This document shows positions 20,476 to 32,530 of a DNA stretch of 64,000 nt, in pieces. The position numbers and the translations under genes were made by a program. The notes under the pieces were generated by a model. The model saw only the letters and a program-made list of their open reading frames with translations. It had not been told where the DNA came from and made no database searches. Origin of the DNA: an uncultured Planctomycetota bacterium. GTDB taxonomy: Bacteria > Planctomycetota > Planctomycetia > Gemmatales > Gemmataceae. The DNA is taken from NCBI GenBank assembly GCA_963849325.1, contig CAWKHF010000005.1, positions 576,001 through 640,000 on the forward strand, in the 5' to 3' direction. Numbering within the stretch: the first letter of the stretch is position 1; the number at the start of each line of letters is the position of its first letter.

Positions 20476-23400
20476 CTAGAGCAACGTCACATCTCCGGAG
20501 AAGAGGGGCAGCCCTCCTCCCATTCCGCCGGAAGATAGCACGCTCACGGCCTCCACGTAACCGAACAAGAGCGCGAACTGACCCAGAGACGTAGGCGTCA
20601 TGGGATCGTTAGCGATGGCGGTGGACAGCTGGCCGATCGTGGCGTTGAGCTGCGTGGCGTTCGAGGAGCCGAACAGGACCAGGAAGGAATCGAGCGTCAC
20701 CTCGAATTCCTCGATCATCAGGCCGAAGAACCCCGCGCTTTGCGGCGGCGTGGGCGTGGGCGTCGGTGTCGGCGTCGGGGTTGGAGTGGGCGTCGGCGTC
20801 GGAGTGGGCGTCGGCGTGGGCGTCGGGGTTGGCGTCGGCGTGGGCGTCGGCGTAGTGGCGTTAACGGTCCACGCAAAGGCGGTATTGCCCGTGACGCCTT
20901 GGTCCGAGGCGCTGACCTGGACGGCGTAGGTATTCGGCGGACCCAAGACGGTGCCCGTGATCTTGCCGGTGTTGGGGTCGATACTCAGGCCCGTCGGCAG
21001 GTTGGTGGCCGTCCAGTTCGACGCATTGGGGTCCGAACTCTGGATTTGCAGGGACACCGTGTCGCCGATGGAGTTGGTCTGCGGACCCGGGTCGGTCAGC
21101 GAGACGGTGGGCGTCGCGGTGACGGTGAAGGTCGCCGGAGCCGAGGTCGTGCCGCCCGGATTGGTCACGGTGACGTTGTACACCTGTTGGCTGGTCAGCA
21201 ACGACGCGGGAACCTGCACTGTCAGCTGGCTGCTGCTGAGGACGGTGGCCGGCCCCGGCAGAGCGGTGCCGTTGAAGTTCACCGTGGCGCCCGAGAGGAA
21301 GTTCGTGCCGTTGATGGTCAGCGTGAAGGACGGGCTGTTGACGGCGATCGAGTTGGGACTCAGGCTGGTGATCGTCAAGGCCACCGGCTGGAGTTCAAAG
21401 GCGCCGATGTCCACGATCGAGTTGCTGATGCGCACGAAGCCGGGGCCGCGCTGGTCGGTGGTCAGACCGCCGGGGATGAGGGTGTTGTCGCCATTGTTGA
21501 CGGCGATGCTGCCCGCGAAGAGAGCGTCGGTCGGCGTGTTGCCGCCGTTGTTCTGGAGCGGTCCCATGTTCAGCTGGCCGGCGGTGACGTTGGTAACGTC
21601 GGTGTTGATGAAACCGCTGGCGCTGCTGGGGGTGACGACGCTGAGGAGATTGTGACCCTGGCTGTTGAATTGGCCGGCCGCATCCGGCCCGATGGCGGCG
21701 GCGTTGAGGGCGATGATGTCGTTGCCGACGGTGTTGACGGTCGGACTGTTGGGGTTGGTGGAACCGAATCCGGCCGCGAAATAACCGCCACCGTTGGAGG
21801 TGCCGTTGGGGCCGGTGGCGCCGTCGGAGCCGTTGCCGGCATGGGAGCCGAAAAAGCCTCCCTGACCGAAAGCGGTGGCCTGGTTGTTGAGGATGGTGTC
21901 GTCGAGGAAGGTGGCGGTGCCGCTGTTGATGTAGACGCCGCCGCCCTCGACGGTGCCGCCGTTGCCGCCGCTGCCGCCGTTGTTTTTGGTGATCCCCGAC
22001 CCCGGGGGGATGCCAGCGTTGCCGCCGCGGCCGCCGTTGCCGGCGGTGACGGTGTTGCTTTCCAGGGTGGGATTGCTGGGATTGGGCGACAGTCCGCCGA
22101 TGGTGGTGTTGTAAACACTCAGCTTGGTATTGTCGCCGCCGAAGAGTCCGCCGCCCTCGCCGTTGCCGCCGTTGCCGCCGTTGCCGCCCGGCCCGCCGTT
22201 GCCGGTCGTGCCCGAACCGCCGATGCCGCCCGTGCCGCCCGCCGCCGTGTCGGCGGCGATGGCGGTGTCGAGGACCTGGAGGATGCTGGGCGATTTGGTG
22301 TTGAGGCTCTGGTTGTACAGGCCGCCGCCGGCACCCAGGCCGCCGGACCCGCCGGCGGCGGAGGCGCCCACGGTCGGACTGGTGGTGTTGGAAGAACCGG
22401 CGCCGCCGTTGCCGCCGACGCCGGCGGTGACGCTGTCGTTGAGCAGGTTCAGGCTGGTCGAGCTGGCTGGTATTGACGCTGCCGCTGGCATTGCCGGCCC
22501 ACAGAGCGAGGCCGCCGCCGACCGCCTCGCCGCCGCTGCCGCCGCTGCCGGCCAGGACGTTGTGGCCACCCGGCCCGGCGGCGTCGCCGCCGAGCCCGCC
22601 CAGGCCGGCGGTCAGCTGGTTCTTCGACATCGAGCCAGCGTTGAAGGTGAAATTCAGGGAGTAACCGAGGCTGTTGTTGAAGAAGACGCCGCCGCCCAGG
22701 GCGTTGCCGCCGTCGCCGCCGTTGCCGCCGACGCCGCCGTTGATGCTGAAGGTGCCGTTGGCGCCCGAGCCGGCGGCGCCGGCAACGCCCACGTTGTCGT
22801 CAATGTTCGTGTTACTGATCTGGGCGTTGCCGTTGTTCAAGCTGGCCCCGGCGCCATGCAGTCCGGTGGGAGCCAGGCCGCCGGCGGGGACCGTGCCGGC
22901 CGATCCGCCGTTGCCGCCGAGTCCGGCGGCCCCCACTCCGGCGTTACCCTCGGTCAGCGTGTTGGCGCTGATGTTGCTATTGGAGAGGACGTAGTTGAGC
23001 GGCACGGTCAAGTTGGTGGCCGGCTCGCCGACGGACAGGCCCCCGCCGTCGGCCGAACCGGGGTTGCCACCCTGGACGCCGTCGCCGCCAGCCCCACTTT
23101 TGGCCGTGTTGCCGGTCACCGGACTGTTGGTCAGGTTCAGGTTGAAATTCTCGCCGGACAGGCCGCCCCCGGAGACCAAACCGCCCTGCCCGCCCAGCGG
23201 ATTGGTGAACGTGGTGCCGACGACGGGGGGAAAGAGGGGAGGGCCGGAGCTACTTCCGGGACCGCTGGGGCTGAGGCCGCCATTACCGCCGATCGCGGTG
23301 TTGCCGGTGATCGGGCTATTGTTGATCGTCGCGCTGGCGGTGCCGATCGACGCCAGGTCGATGGCCCCGCCGAAGGCCGTGCCGCCGGCGCCGCCGGGAC

Positions 23401-25804
23401 CGCCTTGTTGGCCGTTGGCGCCGGTCGCCGTGTTGCTGCTGAACGCACTGGTATCAATGGACACGTTGGCGGTGCCCGACTGATCGAACACGGACAAGGC
23501 ACCTCCGCGGGCACCCTGACGTTGGTTGGGGTCTCCGACCAGGGCGGTGATTCCGGGGAAACCGTTGAGGGGTATTCCCGCGCTGTTGCCGCCCGCGCCG
23601 GCGGTAATGCCTTCGCCGCCCGAGGAGCCGGTCACCTGGTTGCCGCTGAAGGGACTGTTCGTGATGGTGATCGTTTGCGTCTGGCTGTTGCCGTTGTTCA
23701 TCTGAATGAAGTACGAAACGGCGCCGCCCCAGGCCGCTCCGCCATCACCGCCCGTACCGGAGAGGATGGTCGTGGTGGTCGGACCCACGAGCGAGCTAAT
23801 CGTGGGGCTGTACAGGACCTCGCCGGCATTGGTGACGTTGACGTTGATCGGCGGGTTGTTGTAGTTGCTGATGGCGCCGCCATTGCCGCCGACGCCGGAG
23901 ACGATCGAATCGCCCGTGAAGGTGTCGTTGAGGAGGGTGAGGTTTTGATTATTGCTGGTGGCGGCAATGGCGCCGCCGTAGACGGCCGTACCGTTGCCCC
24001 CCAAACCGCCCTCTCCCCAGGTCACGGGTGGGGTCTGCAAAAAGGGAGGATTGGTCCACACGACGGGAAAGACGCCGCCGGGGAGAGTGGGGACCGCTCC
24101 GCCGGCCCCGCCGGCCCCGCCCGCTCCGCCGGTCACGGTGTCGGCCGTGCCAGCCGCGGCCGTGCCGAAGGTGCTCGCCGACACGCTCAGGTTGCCGGCC
24201 AGATTGGCGATGGCGCCGCCCAGGGTGTAAGGGGCGGGCAAGGACGTGTTGGCGGGGAACAGGGTGATGGGGAAATCGGCGATGGGGACGGACGCCTGGG
24301 CCAGGGCCACCGACGTGAAGCTGTTGCCGCCATCGCCGCCGTCGCCAGGATGGCCAATGGGGTTGTCGGTGTTGGGCTGAGCGCCCAGTCCGGCCGCGCC
24401 GCCGGGACCGCCGTCGCCAGCGGGGAGAGAAACGGACGTATTATTGGTGAAGGTACTGCCGAAGACCGCCCCCACGGTCAAGTCGCCGCCCTGGTTCATG
24501 ACGGCGCCGCCCTCGGCGGTGCCGTCGTCGCCGCCGAAGCCGCCGTGGCCGCCGTCGCCGCCATGACCGCCCGGCGAGGTCGCATTGCCGCCATAGCCGC
24601 CCGCGCCGCCCGCGCCGCCGGCACCGGCGAGCGCCTGGTTGCCCGTGAACGTCATAGCGTCCAGGGTGAGCGATCCGCTCTCGGAGAACAAGCCGCCGCC
24701 GAAGGCGTCGCCGCCCACGCCGCCGTTGCCGCCCTTACCGCCGTTGCCGCCCGTGGGTCCACTGGCCGCGTCGCCGCCATCGCCGCCATTGCCGCCGTTG
24801 CCCCCGGCAGCTTGATTGCCCGAGACCGTAATCCGGCTTGTGGGCGTTCCCTGGAGGGTCAGGTTGCCGGCGTTGAAAATACCGCCTCCGGCACCCCAAC
24901 CGCCATTGGCGCCCGCTTGACCATCGGTCCCGTTGGCTCCCGTGTTCTGCGGCGGAAAACCATTGATGCCGCGGGCCCCGGGGATGGGAGTTTTGTTGCC
25001 GCCCTGGGCGACGTTGTTCGTGATCTGGCTGGCGTTGCCCTGACTGTCCAGCCCGACGGTCACGGTGCCGGACGTGTCGTTATAGATGCCGCCGCCCGCG
25101 CCCATGCCGGCCAGCCCGCCGTTGGCAAGACCCGTGGCGTACTCGCTAAGGCCCGTGGCCGTATTGCCCGTGATGGTGGTGCCGAGAAGGGTCAGTGTTT
25201 CGCCCTGGGCGTTGAAGATGCCGCCCCCAAGGCCGTTCGGCGCGCCGAACGCGCCAAAGACCGTGCCCTTGCTGACAACGTCGTCGAGAAGGGTCAGGGT
25301 GCCGCCATTGAAGATGTCGCCGCCCTGGTTGCCAAAGGGCTGGGTCTTGTCCACGGCGCCGTCGCCGCCGGTGATGGTCAGTCCGGAAATGCTCACCACC
25401 GCCGTGTTCGACTCGATGTTGAAGACGCGCGAAGAGACGCCAGCGACAGTCAGGACGTTGGCGCCCGGCCCGGTGATGGTCGTGCTGGCCGAGATTTCCA
25501 GCTCCTTGCCGAAGGAGAGGCTGATGGTGCCTTTCAGACTCGGAGCGAACGTGATAGTGCTGCCGGGGTTGAGGTCGGCCTGATTGACACAGTAACGCAG
25601 ATCGCCGGTCAGGCCCACACCCACACCCGGGCCGTTCGGGCCGCCGCCAGCGTCGGTCAGCACGTTGACGACATAGGTGTTCGCGGAAAACAAGGTCCGG
25701 TCTTCCAGGGTCTCCAGGAAGCACTTCCGATAGTACGTTTTCTTGTTCGAGCTGCTGGGACGGGTCGAGAGACGACCCCACTTCCGCCAAGAGAGGAGGG
25801 ACAT
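20476..25804 (-). CDS. Large Gly/Asn-rich extracellular protein (~1770 aa): LEPR-XLL motif, beta-helix/PGRS-like repeats, choice-of-anchor Q-like, IPT/TIG, putative Ig, PT linker; frameshift ~22465
   Basis: LETLEDRTLFS, GDLRYCVNQA, GGxGGxGG repeats, LQNNGG.T.T.AL..GS.A...G..DQRG..R...VDIGAFE, ITSLSP..LTINGTNF, LPTGLSIDPNTGKITG. Confidence 0.85.
20745..20855 (-). repeat. Coding (Thr-Pro)n linker, ~18 units
   Basis: Hexamer repeats with synonymous variation. Confidence 0.9.
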
Positions 25805-25983
25805 GATGATTCTCGCGTGGATGACTCGTGATGCTGGATGAATGCCCGCTGGGGAGATGCGATTGCCCCTGGGGACCGGAGCAAACGATTGCTACCCTTC
25901 CGAGGGCTACTCCTGCGTGGTGTTCCGTGTTCCATCGGCAGGAGGAACGTTTCTGGTCCAGTCGGCCAACCAGATAACTTATA

Positions 25984-26012
25984 AAATTACAGATTGACTT
26001 ACGTGGATGCAA
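25984..26012 (-). promoter_or_regulatory. Putative sigma70 promoter of the large surface-protein gene
   Basis: TTGCAT-N17-TAATTT on the minus strand in an AT-rich intergenic region. Confidence 0.45.
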
Positions 26013-26086
26013 GAAGAATACGCGGAAAAGCTAAATTTTGTGCAAATACTCCTTCTTGACGGTGGCCAAATATGAACGAGCGTTCA

Positions 26087-26144
26087 CATCCGAGCCGGAA
26101 GCGTTAGCGAAGAAAGGTCTTCGCTAACGCTTCCGGCTCGGATG
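26087..26144. repeat. Palindromic REP-like element overlapping the GH15 stop codon
   Basis: catccgagccggaagcgttagcgaaga ... tcttcgctaacgcttccggctcggatg; related to 56251. Confidence 0.85.
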
Positions 26145-27968
26145 GCCCGAGTTCGACTTGGCCAGTGCCCGCACCGCCCGGACATACTCGATCTGCGAGA
26201 ACAGCAGCGGATGGTTGCCCAGGAAATCGCCGGAACGGGTGTCCAAGCCCTCGGCGAACAGACCGACGGGACCGGCGATTTGTTCGGCCCGGTCGAGGAT
26301 GGACTCGGCCTCTTTCTCGCGGCCCATCATGGCCAGGACCGTCACCAGCCAGAAGGTACAAGGAAGGAAGGCTCCCTCGAACTCGCCCAGCGGCAGCTGC
26401 TGCTTCTGCACGCCCGGCGTCAGCAGCGGGTCGAAGCGATACACGAAGCCGTCGATACTCAGCAACTCCATCACCTTCTCGACGGTGGACTTCACGCGCG
26501 GGTGGTCGATCGGTAGAAAGCCCACGATGGGGATGAGCAGGGCGGCGGCGTCGAGGTTGTCGCCCTCGTAGCGCTGGCGGAACGCCGCCAGGTGGTGATG
26601 GTCGCTCCAGCCGCGTTCCATGACCTCGGCGTGCAGCTCGTCGCGCACTGCGCGCCAACGCTCGGTCTTCTCGGCTTTGCCGAGTTTGTTGGCGATGCGG
26701 AGGGCGCGATCGAGCGCGACCCAGCCCAACACCTTGCCGCTGACATAATGCTGCTTGGCCGGCAGCTCCCAGATACTGTTGCTTTCGTCCTTCCAGTGCT
26801 CGGCAATGTAATCGGCGATGCGCTGCACCAGGTCCCAGAACTCCGGCCGCCAGTCGCCGCCGCCCTCCAGATACACGTGGATGCAGTCCACCAGGTAGCC
26901 CATCGAGCCGTGCTGGTCCTGCCGGTAGGCGCGGTTGCCGAGGCGCACCGGCTTCGAGCCGCGATAGCCTTCCACGTCCTTGCGCTCCTGCTGCGACAAT
27001 TTTTTCTCACCGTGGATGCCGTAGACGACTTGGAGGGGCGGTTCGTCGGACGACTGGAGCTTCGATAGCCATTCCAGATAATGCTGTGCCCCTTCCTTGT
27101 CGCCCAGCAAGGTGAGGATTTCGAGTGACAAAGACGTGTCACGAACCCAGGACAGGCGATAATCGGCGTTCCAATCGCCGCCGATCCGCTCCGGCAGCGA
27201 CGTGGTGACGGCGGCGACGTGCGAGCCGTTCGGCGCGTAGCCGAGCTGATGGACCAGGATCGCCGAGCGCCGCACCATCGTTTGGCGCGGCCCTTTGTAG
27301 GACAACCGGGCCGCCCATTGTTTCCAGTAGCGATCGGACTCCGCCATCGCCTCGGCGGCCTTTGGCTCATTCCAGTCCGCCGCCCGGTGTCCGCAGGCGA
27401 GCACGCACCAGAACTCCTCGCCCTCCTTCAACTCGAAGGCCGCCGCGACGCCGGACGGATGGACTCGGACGGGCCGGCTGGCCCACAACTCGATGTCGTG
27501 ATGGCCCGTCCGCAGCGAGACCGTATTCTCGGAGAGGGTCGTCGGTTCGACCGGCTTGAAATCGCAGGCGATGGCGAGTAGGAGGCGAGCAGGAGTCCGG
27601 CCTCGGACGCAGCGCAGCCGGCGCAGGACGGCATGGTGCTTTTCTCGGCCGGGTGGCCGCTGATCGGCCGGCCAGGCCATGACGTCCGTCAACTCCAGTC
27701 GGCCCTCGCGCAAGTCCCACTCGGTCCGCAACGACGTCGTGTCTTCCAGGTAGCTCTGCCGGCCGAGGTGCCGGCTGCCGGGTCCGAAGTGCCAGTATCC
27801 GCCTTTCTGGGCGTCGAGCAAGGCGCCAAAGAGGACGTTGCCATCGTAATCCGGCAGAGCGAACCAATCGATGGAGCCGTCGGCGGCGACCAACGCCGCC
27901 GTGCGACGGTCGCCGACGACGCCGTGATGCCGGATGGCGGCGTAGGGCACGGGGGGATGCGAATGCAT
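26124..27968 (-). CDS. Glycoside hydrolase family 15 (trehalase/glucoamylase-like)
   Basis: VGDRRTAALV..DGSIDW, AAVTTSLPERIGG.WN.DYR.SWVRD, SIWE, EGAFLPCTFW, GLFAE, LGNHP. Confidence 0.92.
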   Translation of the reverse strand: MHSHPPVPYAAIRHHGVVGDRRTAALVAADGSIDWFALPDYDGNVLFGALLDAQKGGYWHFGPGSRHLGRQSYLEDTTSLRTEWDLREGRLELTDVMAWPADQRPPGREKHHAVLRRLRCVRGRTPARLLLAIACDFKPVEPTTLSENTVSLRTGHHDIELWASRPVRVHPSGVAAAFELKEGEEFWCVLACGHRAADWNEPKAAEAMAESDRYWKQWAARLSYKGPRQTMVRRSAILVHQLGYAPNGSHVAAVTTSLPERIGGDWNADYRLSWVRDTSLSLEILTLLGDKEGAQHYLEWLSKLQSSDEPPLQVVYGIHGEKKLSQQERKDVEGYRGSKPVRLGNRAYRQDQHGSMGYLVDCIHVYLEGGGDWRPEFWDLVQRIADYIAEHWKDESNSIWELPAKQHYVSGKVLGWVALDRALRIANKLGKAEKTERWRAVRDELHAEVMERGWSDHHHLAAFRQRYEGDNLDAAALLIPIVGFLPIDHPRVKSTVEKVMELLSIDGFVYRFDPLLTPGVQKQQLPLGEFEGAFLPCTFWLVTVLAMMGREKEAESILDRAEQIAGPVGLFAEGLDTRSGDFLGNHPLLFSQIEYVRAVRALAKSNSGHPSRKR

Positions 27969-27993
27969 GAGAGGGTCTCTCCACGAAGGAGGC

Positions 27994-28061
27994 ATGCTCA
28001 CCAGCCCGGAGCGTCCGCGACGGGTGAACACCCGTCGCGGACGCTCCGGGCTGGTGAGCAT
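27994..28061. repeat. Palindromic REP-like element, family B
   Basis: atgctcaccagcccggagcgtccgcgacgggtg ... cacccgtcgcggacgctccgggctggtgagcat. Confidence 0.88.
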
Positions 28062-28067
28062 CACCTT

Positions 28068-31000
28068 TTATCGCGCCTTCTCCTGATACATCTGCCACGC
28101 CAGCAGGCCGCCGGCCAGGGCGCCGGCGCCGAGCAGCGCCGCCGTGCCCGCTCCAACCCGGCGACGGCGCCGCGGCGGCTGCATCGACGGTGGCGGCCCC
28201 ATGCGGCCGCCGAGGCGTGGATGCAGCAGCGACGGGCCGTGATCGTGACTGGACCGATACGGCGCCTGGTGCAGGGCCATTTGGATGACCTGCGCCAGGT
28301 GCAGCGGTTTGCGGCCGGCCCCTTGCAGGATCTGCTCGTGGCAGCTGAAGCCGTCGGCGATGATGAGCGTGTCGTCGTCGGCCTGGCGCACCGCCGGCAA
28401 CAGCCGCTGCTCGCCAACCTTCATCGATACCTCGTAGTGATCGGCCTCGAAGCCGAACGAGCCGGCCATGCCGCAGCAGCCGGGGTCCGGCATGTCGAAG
28501 TCCAGTCCCATCTTTTTCAGGATCGACTGCTCATTCCCGAAGCCGATGACGGCCTTGTGATGGCAGTGGCCATGTACCAGTGCCTTGCGCTGAAGCTGCG
28601 GCGGCCGATAATCCTCCACCTTCGCGTCCAGGAACTCGCTCAGCAGGTACGACTGTTCGCGCAGGCGGCTGGCATCGTGATTGTTCGGCAGAAGGTTAAT
28701 CATCTCGTCGCGGAAGACGGACAGGCAACTCGGCTCCAGGCCGATCACGGGAATGCCGGCCTCGATCTGCGGCTGCAAGGCGGCCAGGATTTCGTGCAGC
28801 ACTTTCTTGGCCGTATCCAACATGCCGAAGTCGTACAGCGGCCGGCCGCAGCACAGGTTGGCCTGCGGCACCCACACCTGGAAGCCGGCGTGCTCGAGCA
28901 CCTCCACGGCGGCCTGGGCGACCTCGGGGTGGAAATAGTTGTTGAACGTGTCCGCCCACAGGATGACCGGCGGTTTGCCGTGGTTGCGCACCTCGCGCTG
29001 GGCGAACCACTCCTTGAACGTGTGGCGAGCGAACGGCGGCATGTGGCGATGCTGCGAGATGCCGCCGAGGAACTTGGCGATGCTGCTCAGACCGGGCGTC
29101 TGGCTGAAGAAGTTGGCGACATCCGGCGCCAGCGACGCCAGGCGCGACCACCAGTGAATCCAGCCCATCGCATAGGCGTGGCGCGGCCGCAGCCGGCCCT
29201 CGTAGTAGTGCGACAGGAATTCGGCCTTGTAGGTGGCCATGTCCACGTTGACGGGACAGTCGCCCTTGCAGCCCTTGCAGGCCAGGCACAAATCGAGCGA
29301 ATCCTTGACCGCCTCACTCTTCCAGCCCTCGGTCAGCACCTCGCCGTTCATCATCTCCCACAAGAGATGCGCCCGGCCGCGCGTGCAGTCCTTCTCCTCG
29401 CGCGTGACCTGGTAGCTGGGACACATGACCTGGCCGCCTTCCTTGCGGCACTCGCCGACGCCGACGCAGCGCAGGGACGCTCGCGCGAACGAACCCTTGT
29501 CCTCCGGGAAGTGGAAGTGCGTCTGCGGCTGCGGCGGGTTGTAGTCCGCGCCGATGCGCAGGTTCTCCGTCAACCTTGTAAGCGTCGATCTTCTTGCCGG
29601 GATTCATCTTCCCTTGCGGGTCCCAAATGGCCTTGAACTCGCGGCATGGCCTGGTACAGCGTCTCGCCGAACATCTTGGGCAAAAACTCGCCGCTGGCCT
29701 GGCCGTCGCCGTGCTCGCCGGACATCGAGCCGCCGTAGCCGACAACCAGATCGGCGGCCTCCTCCAGGAAGCTACGCCATTTCTTGATGCCCTCGGCGGT
29801 GTACAGGTCGAAATCGACGCGGCAGTGGATGCAGCCCTGGCCGAGATGCCCGTACAAGGAGGGTTGGTAGCCGTACTTGTGAACAGCTTGCGCAGCTCGC
29901 GGAGGTAGTTGCCTACCTTCTCGGGCGGCACCGCCGAGTCTTCCCAGCCGGGCCAGTTGTCGGGCTTGCCCGGCACCCAGGCCGTGGCGCCCAGGCCGCC
30001 CTCGCGCACCTTCCAGATCATCTCCTCTTCTTCCGGGTCATCGAACATCTTCATGGTCGGCGGATGGGCCTGCTTCTTGAGCAACTCCATGCAGCGGATG
30101 GCCTGGGCGTCGGCGTCCTCCTTGCTGTCGCCGCCGAACTCGACGAGCAAAAAGCCGGTGCCCTCCGGCATCAGGGCGAGGTTCTTCTTCTTCGATCCCT
30201 TGATGGTCTCGAACTCGAAGAGCAGATGATCCATGCCCTCCAGGGCGGTCGGTTGGAGCGGCAGGATGTCGGTGACGTGGTCGCCGGCGGTGTACACGTC
30301 GGGGTAGCCGAGCACCAGCGTCGTGCGCGCCTTCGGCTCCGGCACCAAACACATCGTCGCCTCCAGAATCGAGACGAGGGTGCCTTCCGAGCCGACCAGG
30401 GCGCGGGCGACGTGGCACTTGTGTTCGGGCAGCAGGTATTCGAGGTTGTAACCGGAGACGCGACGCGGCAGGTTCGGATAGCGACGGCGAATCTCGTCGC
30501 CGTACTTCTCGCGCAGCGCCTTGAGTTTGCCGTAGATCTCGCCGCGGCGGCCGCCCTGGCGGATGATGCTCTCCAACTCTTCGTCGGAGGTTTCGCCGAC
30601 GCGCATTCGTACGCCGTCGTAGGTGAGGATTTCCAGTTCGTGGGTGTTGTCGGCGGTGCGATAGCCCATACCGTGCTTGGCGGCCAACAACGAGTGGGTG
30701 CCGCACGAATCGTTGCCGAGCATGCCGCCGAGCGCGTTGTGGTTGTGCGTGGCCGGGTCGGGGCCGAACGTCAACCCCTGCTTCTTGGCGGCGTCGCGCA
30801 GATCGTCCAGCACACAGCCGGGTTGAACCGTGCCCAGGCGGCGTGGCGGCGTCGATTTTCAGGACACCGTGCATGTACTTGGTGAAGTCCATGACGACGG
30901 CGACGTTGCAGCACTGGCCGCGCAGACTGGTGCCGCCGCCGCGCGACAGGACCGGCGCCCCGAACTGACGGGCCAGGGCCATCGTCTGCACCACGTCTTC

Positions 31001-31235
31001 CTTGCTGCGCGGCAGGACGACGCCGATGGGAGCTTGCCGGTAGTTGGAGCCGTCGGTCGCGTACAGCGCCCGGCTGCCGTCGTCGAAGCGCACTTCGCCC
31101 TCGATGCGATGGCGCAGCTCGGTGCTCGAGTTCGCGGACGGCGGCGGGCGGGATGGCCGTCCGGCTGTCGTCGCGGCGCTGCCGCTCGAAGCGGGCCTTC
31201 TGGTTCTGCTCTCTCAGGACGGTCAGGCTAATCAT
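28068..31235 (-). CDS. FAD-binding and Fe-S-binding oxidoreductase (GlcD/D-lactate dehydrogenase-like fusion); frameshifted
   Basis: LYATDGSNYRQ, RGGGTS, FGPDPAT, GSEGTL, SGEHGDG, CVGVGEC, CLACKGCKGDCP, CCGRP, CCGMAGSFG. Confidence 0.9.
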
Positions 31236-31255
31236 GGCTCTCCTCGAATGACCTT

Positions 31256-31319
31256 GTTTAGCCGCGACGCGCAGCGGAGCGCGGCAAGCCCCGCGCTCCG
31301 CTGCGCGTCGCGGCTAAAC
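31256..31319. repeat. Palindromic REP-like element, family A
   Basis: Near-identical to 4498-4561. Confidence 0.9.
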
Positions 31320-31328
31320 GGGGAATAT

Positions 31329-32449
31329 CTAACCTTTCCACACCAGGTATTGCTCGGCGTCGGTGTGTTTGAATTCCAGCCCCATGCCGGGGCGCGACAG
31401 ATCGGGATGCAGAGCGCCCTTCTCCGGGTTGAGAGCGCCGTCGAACAGCATGTGCTCGATGCGATCGTGGTCGTGAAAATACTCCATCGGGCGCAACGGC
31501 AGGATGGCGGCGCAGGGATGCACGGATTCCGACGGGCGCAGTGGGCCGACAGCTCCAGACAGTGAGCGGAGCACAGGGCGCCGACCTGCAAGAAGCCGGT
31601 GACGCCGCCGCAGCGCGTGACATCCGCCTGCAGTACGTCCACGGACCCGGCGTCGAGCATGTGGCGGAAGTAACGCAGGTCGTAGCCGTACTCGCCGGCG
31701 GCGATGTCCATGCCGGCCGGGCCCCGATCGCGGATCAAGTGCAAGCCCGCCAGGTCATCGCTGGAGACCGGCTCCTCGAACCACACGACGCCGAACTCCT
31801 GGTGCAGCCGGTGCGCGAAGGCCAGCGCCTGCTTGCGGCTGAAGGCGCCGTTGGCATCGACGAACAACTCGACATCGTCGCCGATCGCCTTGCGCGCCGC
31901 CCGCACGCGCTCGATGTCGTCCTCCGGGTGGGTGCCGATCTTCATTTTGACGCGCGGGATACCTTGCTTGGCCCAGCCGCCGAGTTGCTCCTGGAGCTTC
32001 TTGTTCGAGTACGACGTGAAGCCGCCGCTGCCGTAGACGGGGACCGACTCATGCGCGGCCCCCAGCAGGGTCACCAGCGGCAGGTCGAGAAGACGTGCTT
32101 TGAGGTCCCACAAGGCGCAATCGACGGCGGAAATCGCCATCGACGAGACGCCCGGCCGGCCGAGGTTGCGGATCGACTTCACCATCTCGACCCAGGCGCC
32201 GGCGATGTTCATGACATCGCGGCCCTCGACTTTCTTCGCCAGTTTCTCGTGGACCAGGTGGGCGGCGGCCTCGTCGGCGTAGGTATAGCCCAGGCCGGTA
32301 TGTCCACCGCCCTCGACCTCGACGAGTACCAGGGTCGTGCTGTCCCAGGCGATGGTGCCGTCCGCCTCGGGCTGATCGGTGGGCACCTTGTAGGCGGAAA
32401 CGTGGAGGTGGTCGATGGCGGCGTGCGTCGCCGTCGCGGTGGCAGGCAT
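31329..32449 (-). CDS. Mandelate racemase/muconate lactonizing enzyme family protein; frameshift ~31535
   Basis: AISAVDCALWDLKA, YGSGGFTS, VKMKIG, VDANG, WFEEP, AGEYG, SRPGMG. Confidence 0.9.
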
Positions 32450-32474
32450 GATTGCTCCTTCTTTCCGTTCCGCG

Positions 32475-32530
32475 TCCTGAGTTCTGAGTCCTGTTTTCAC
32501 TCAGAACTCAGAACTCAGAACTCAGAACTC
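32475..32530. repeat. Heptamer tandem inverted repeat (CTCAGAA)n
   Basis: ctgagttctgag ... (ctcagaa)x4. Confidence 0.75.
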
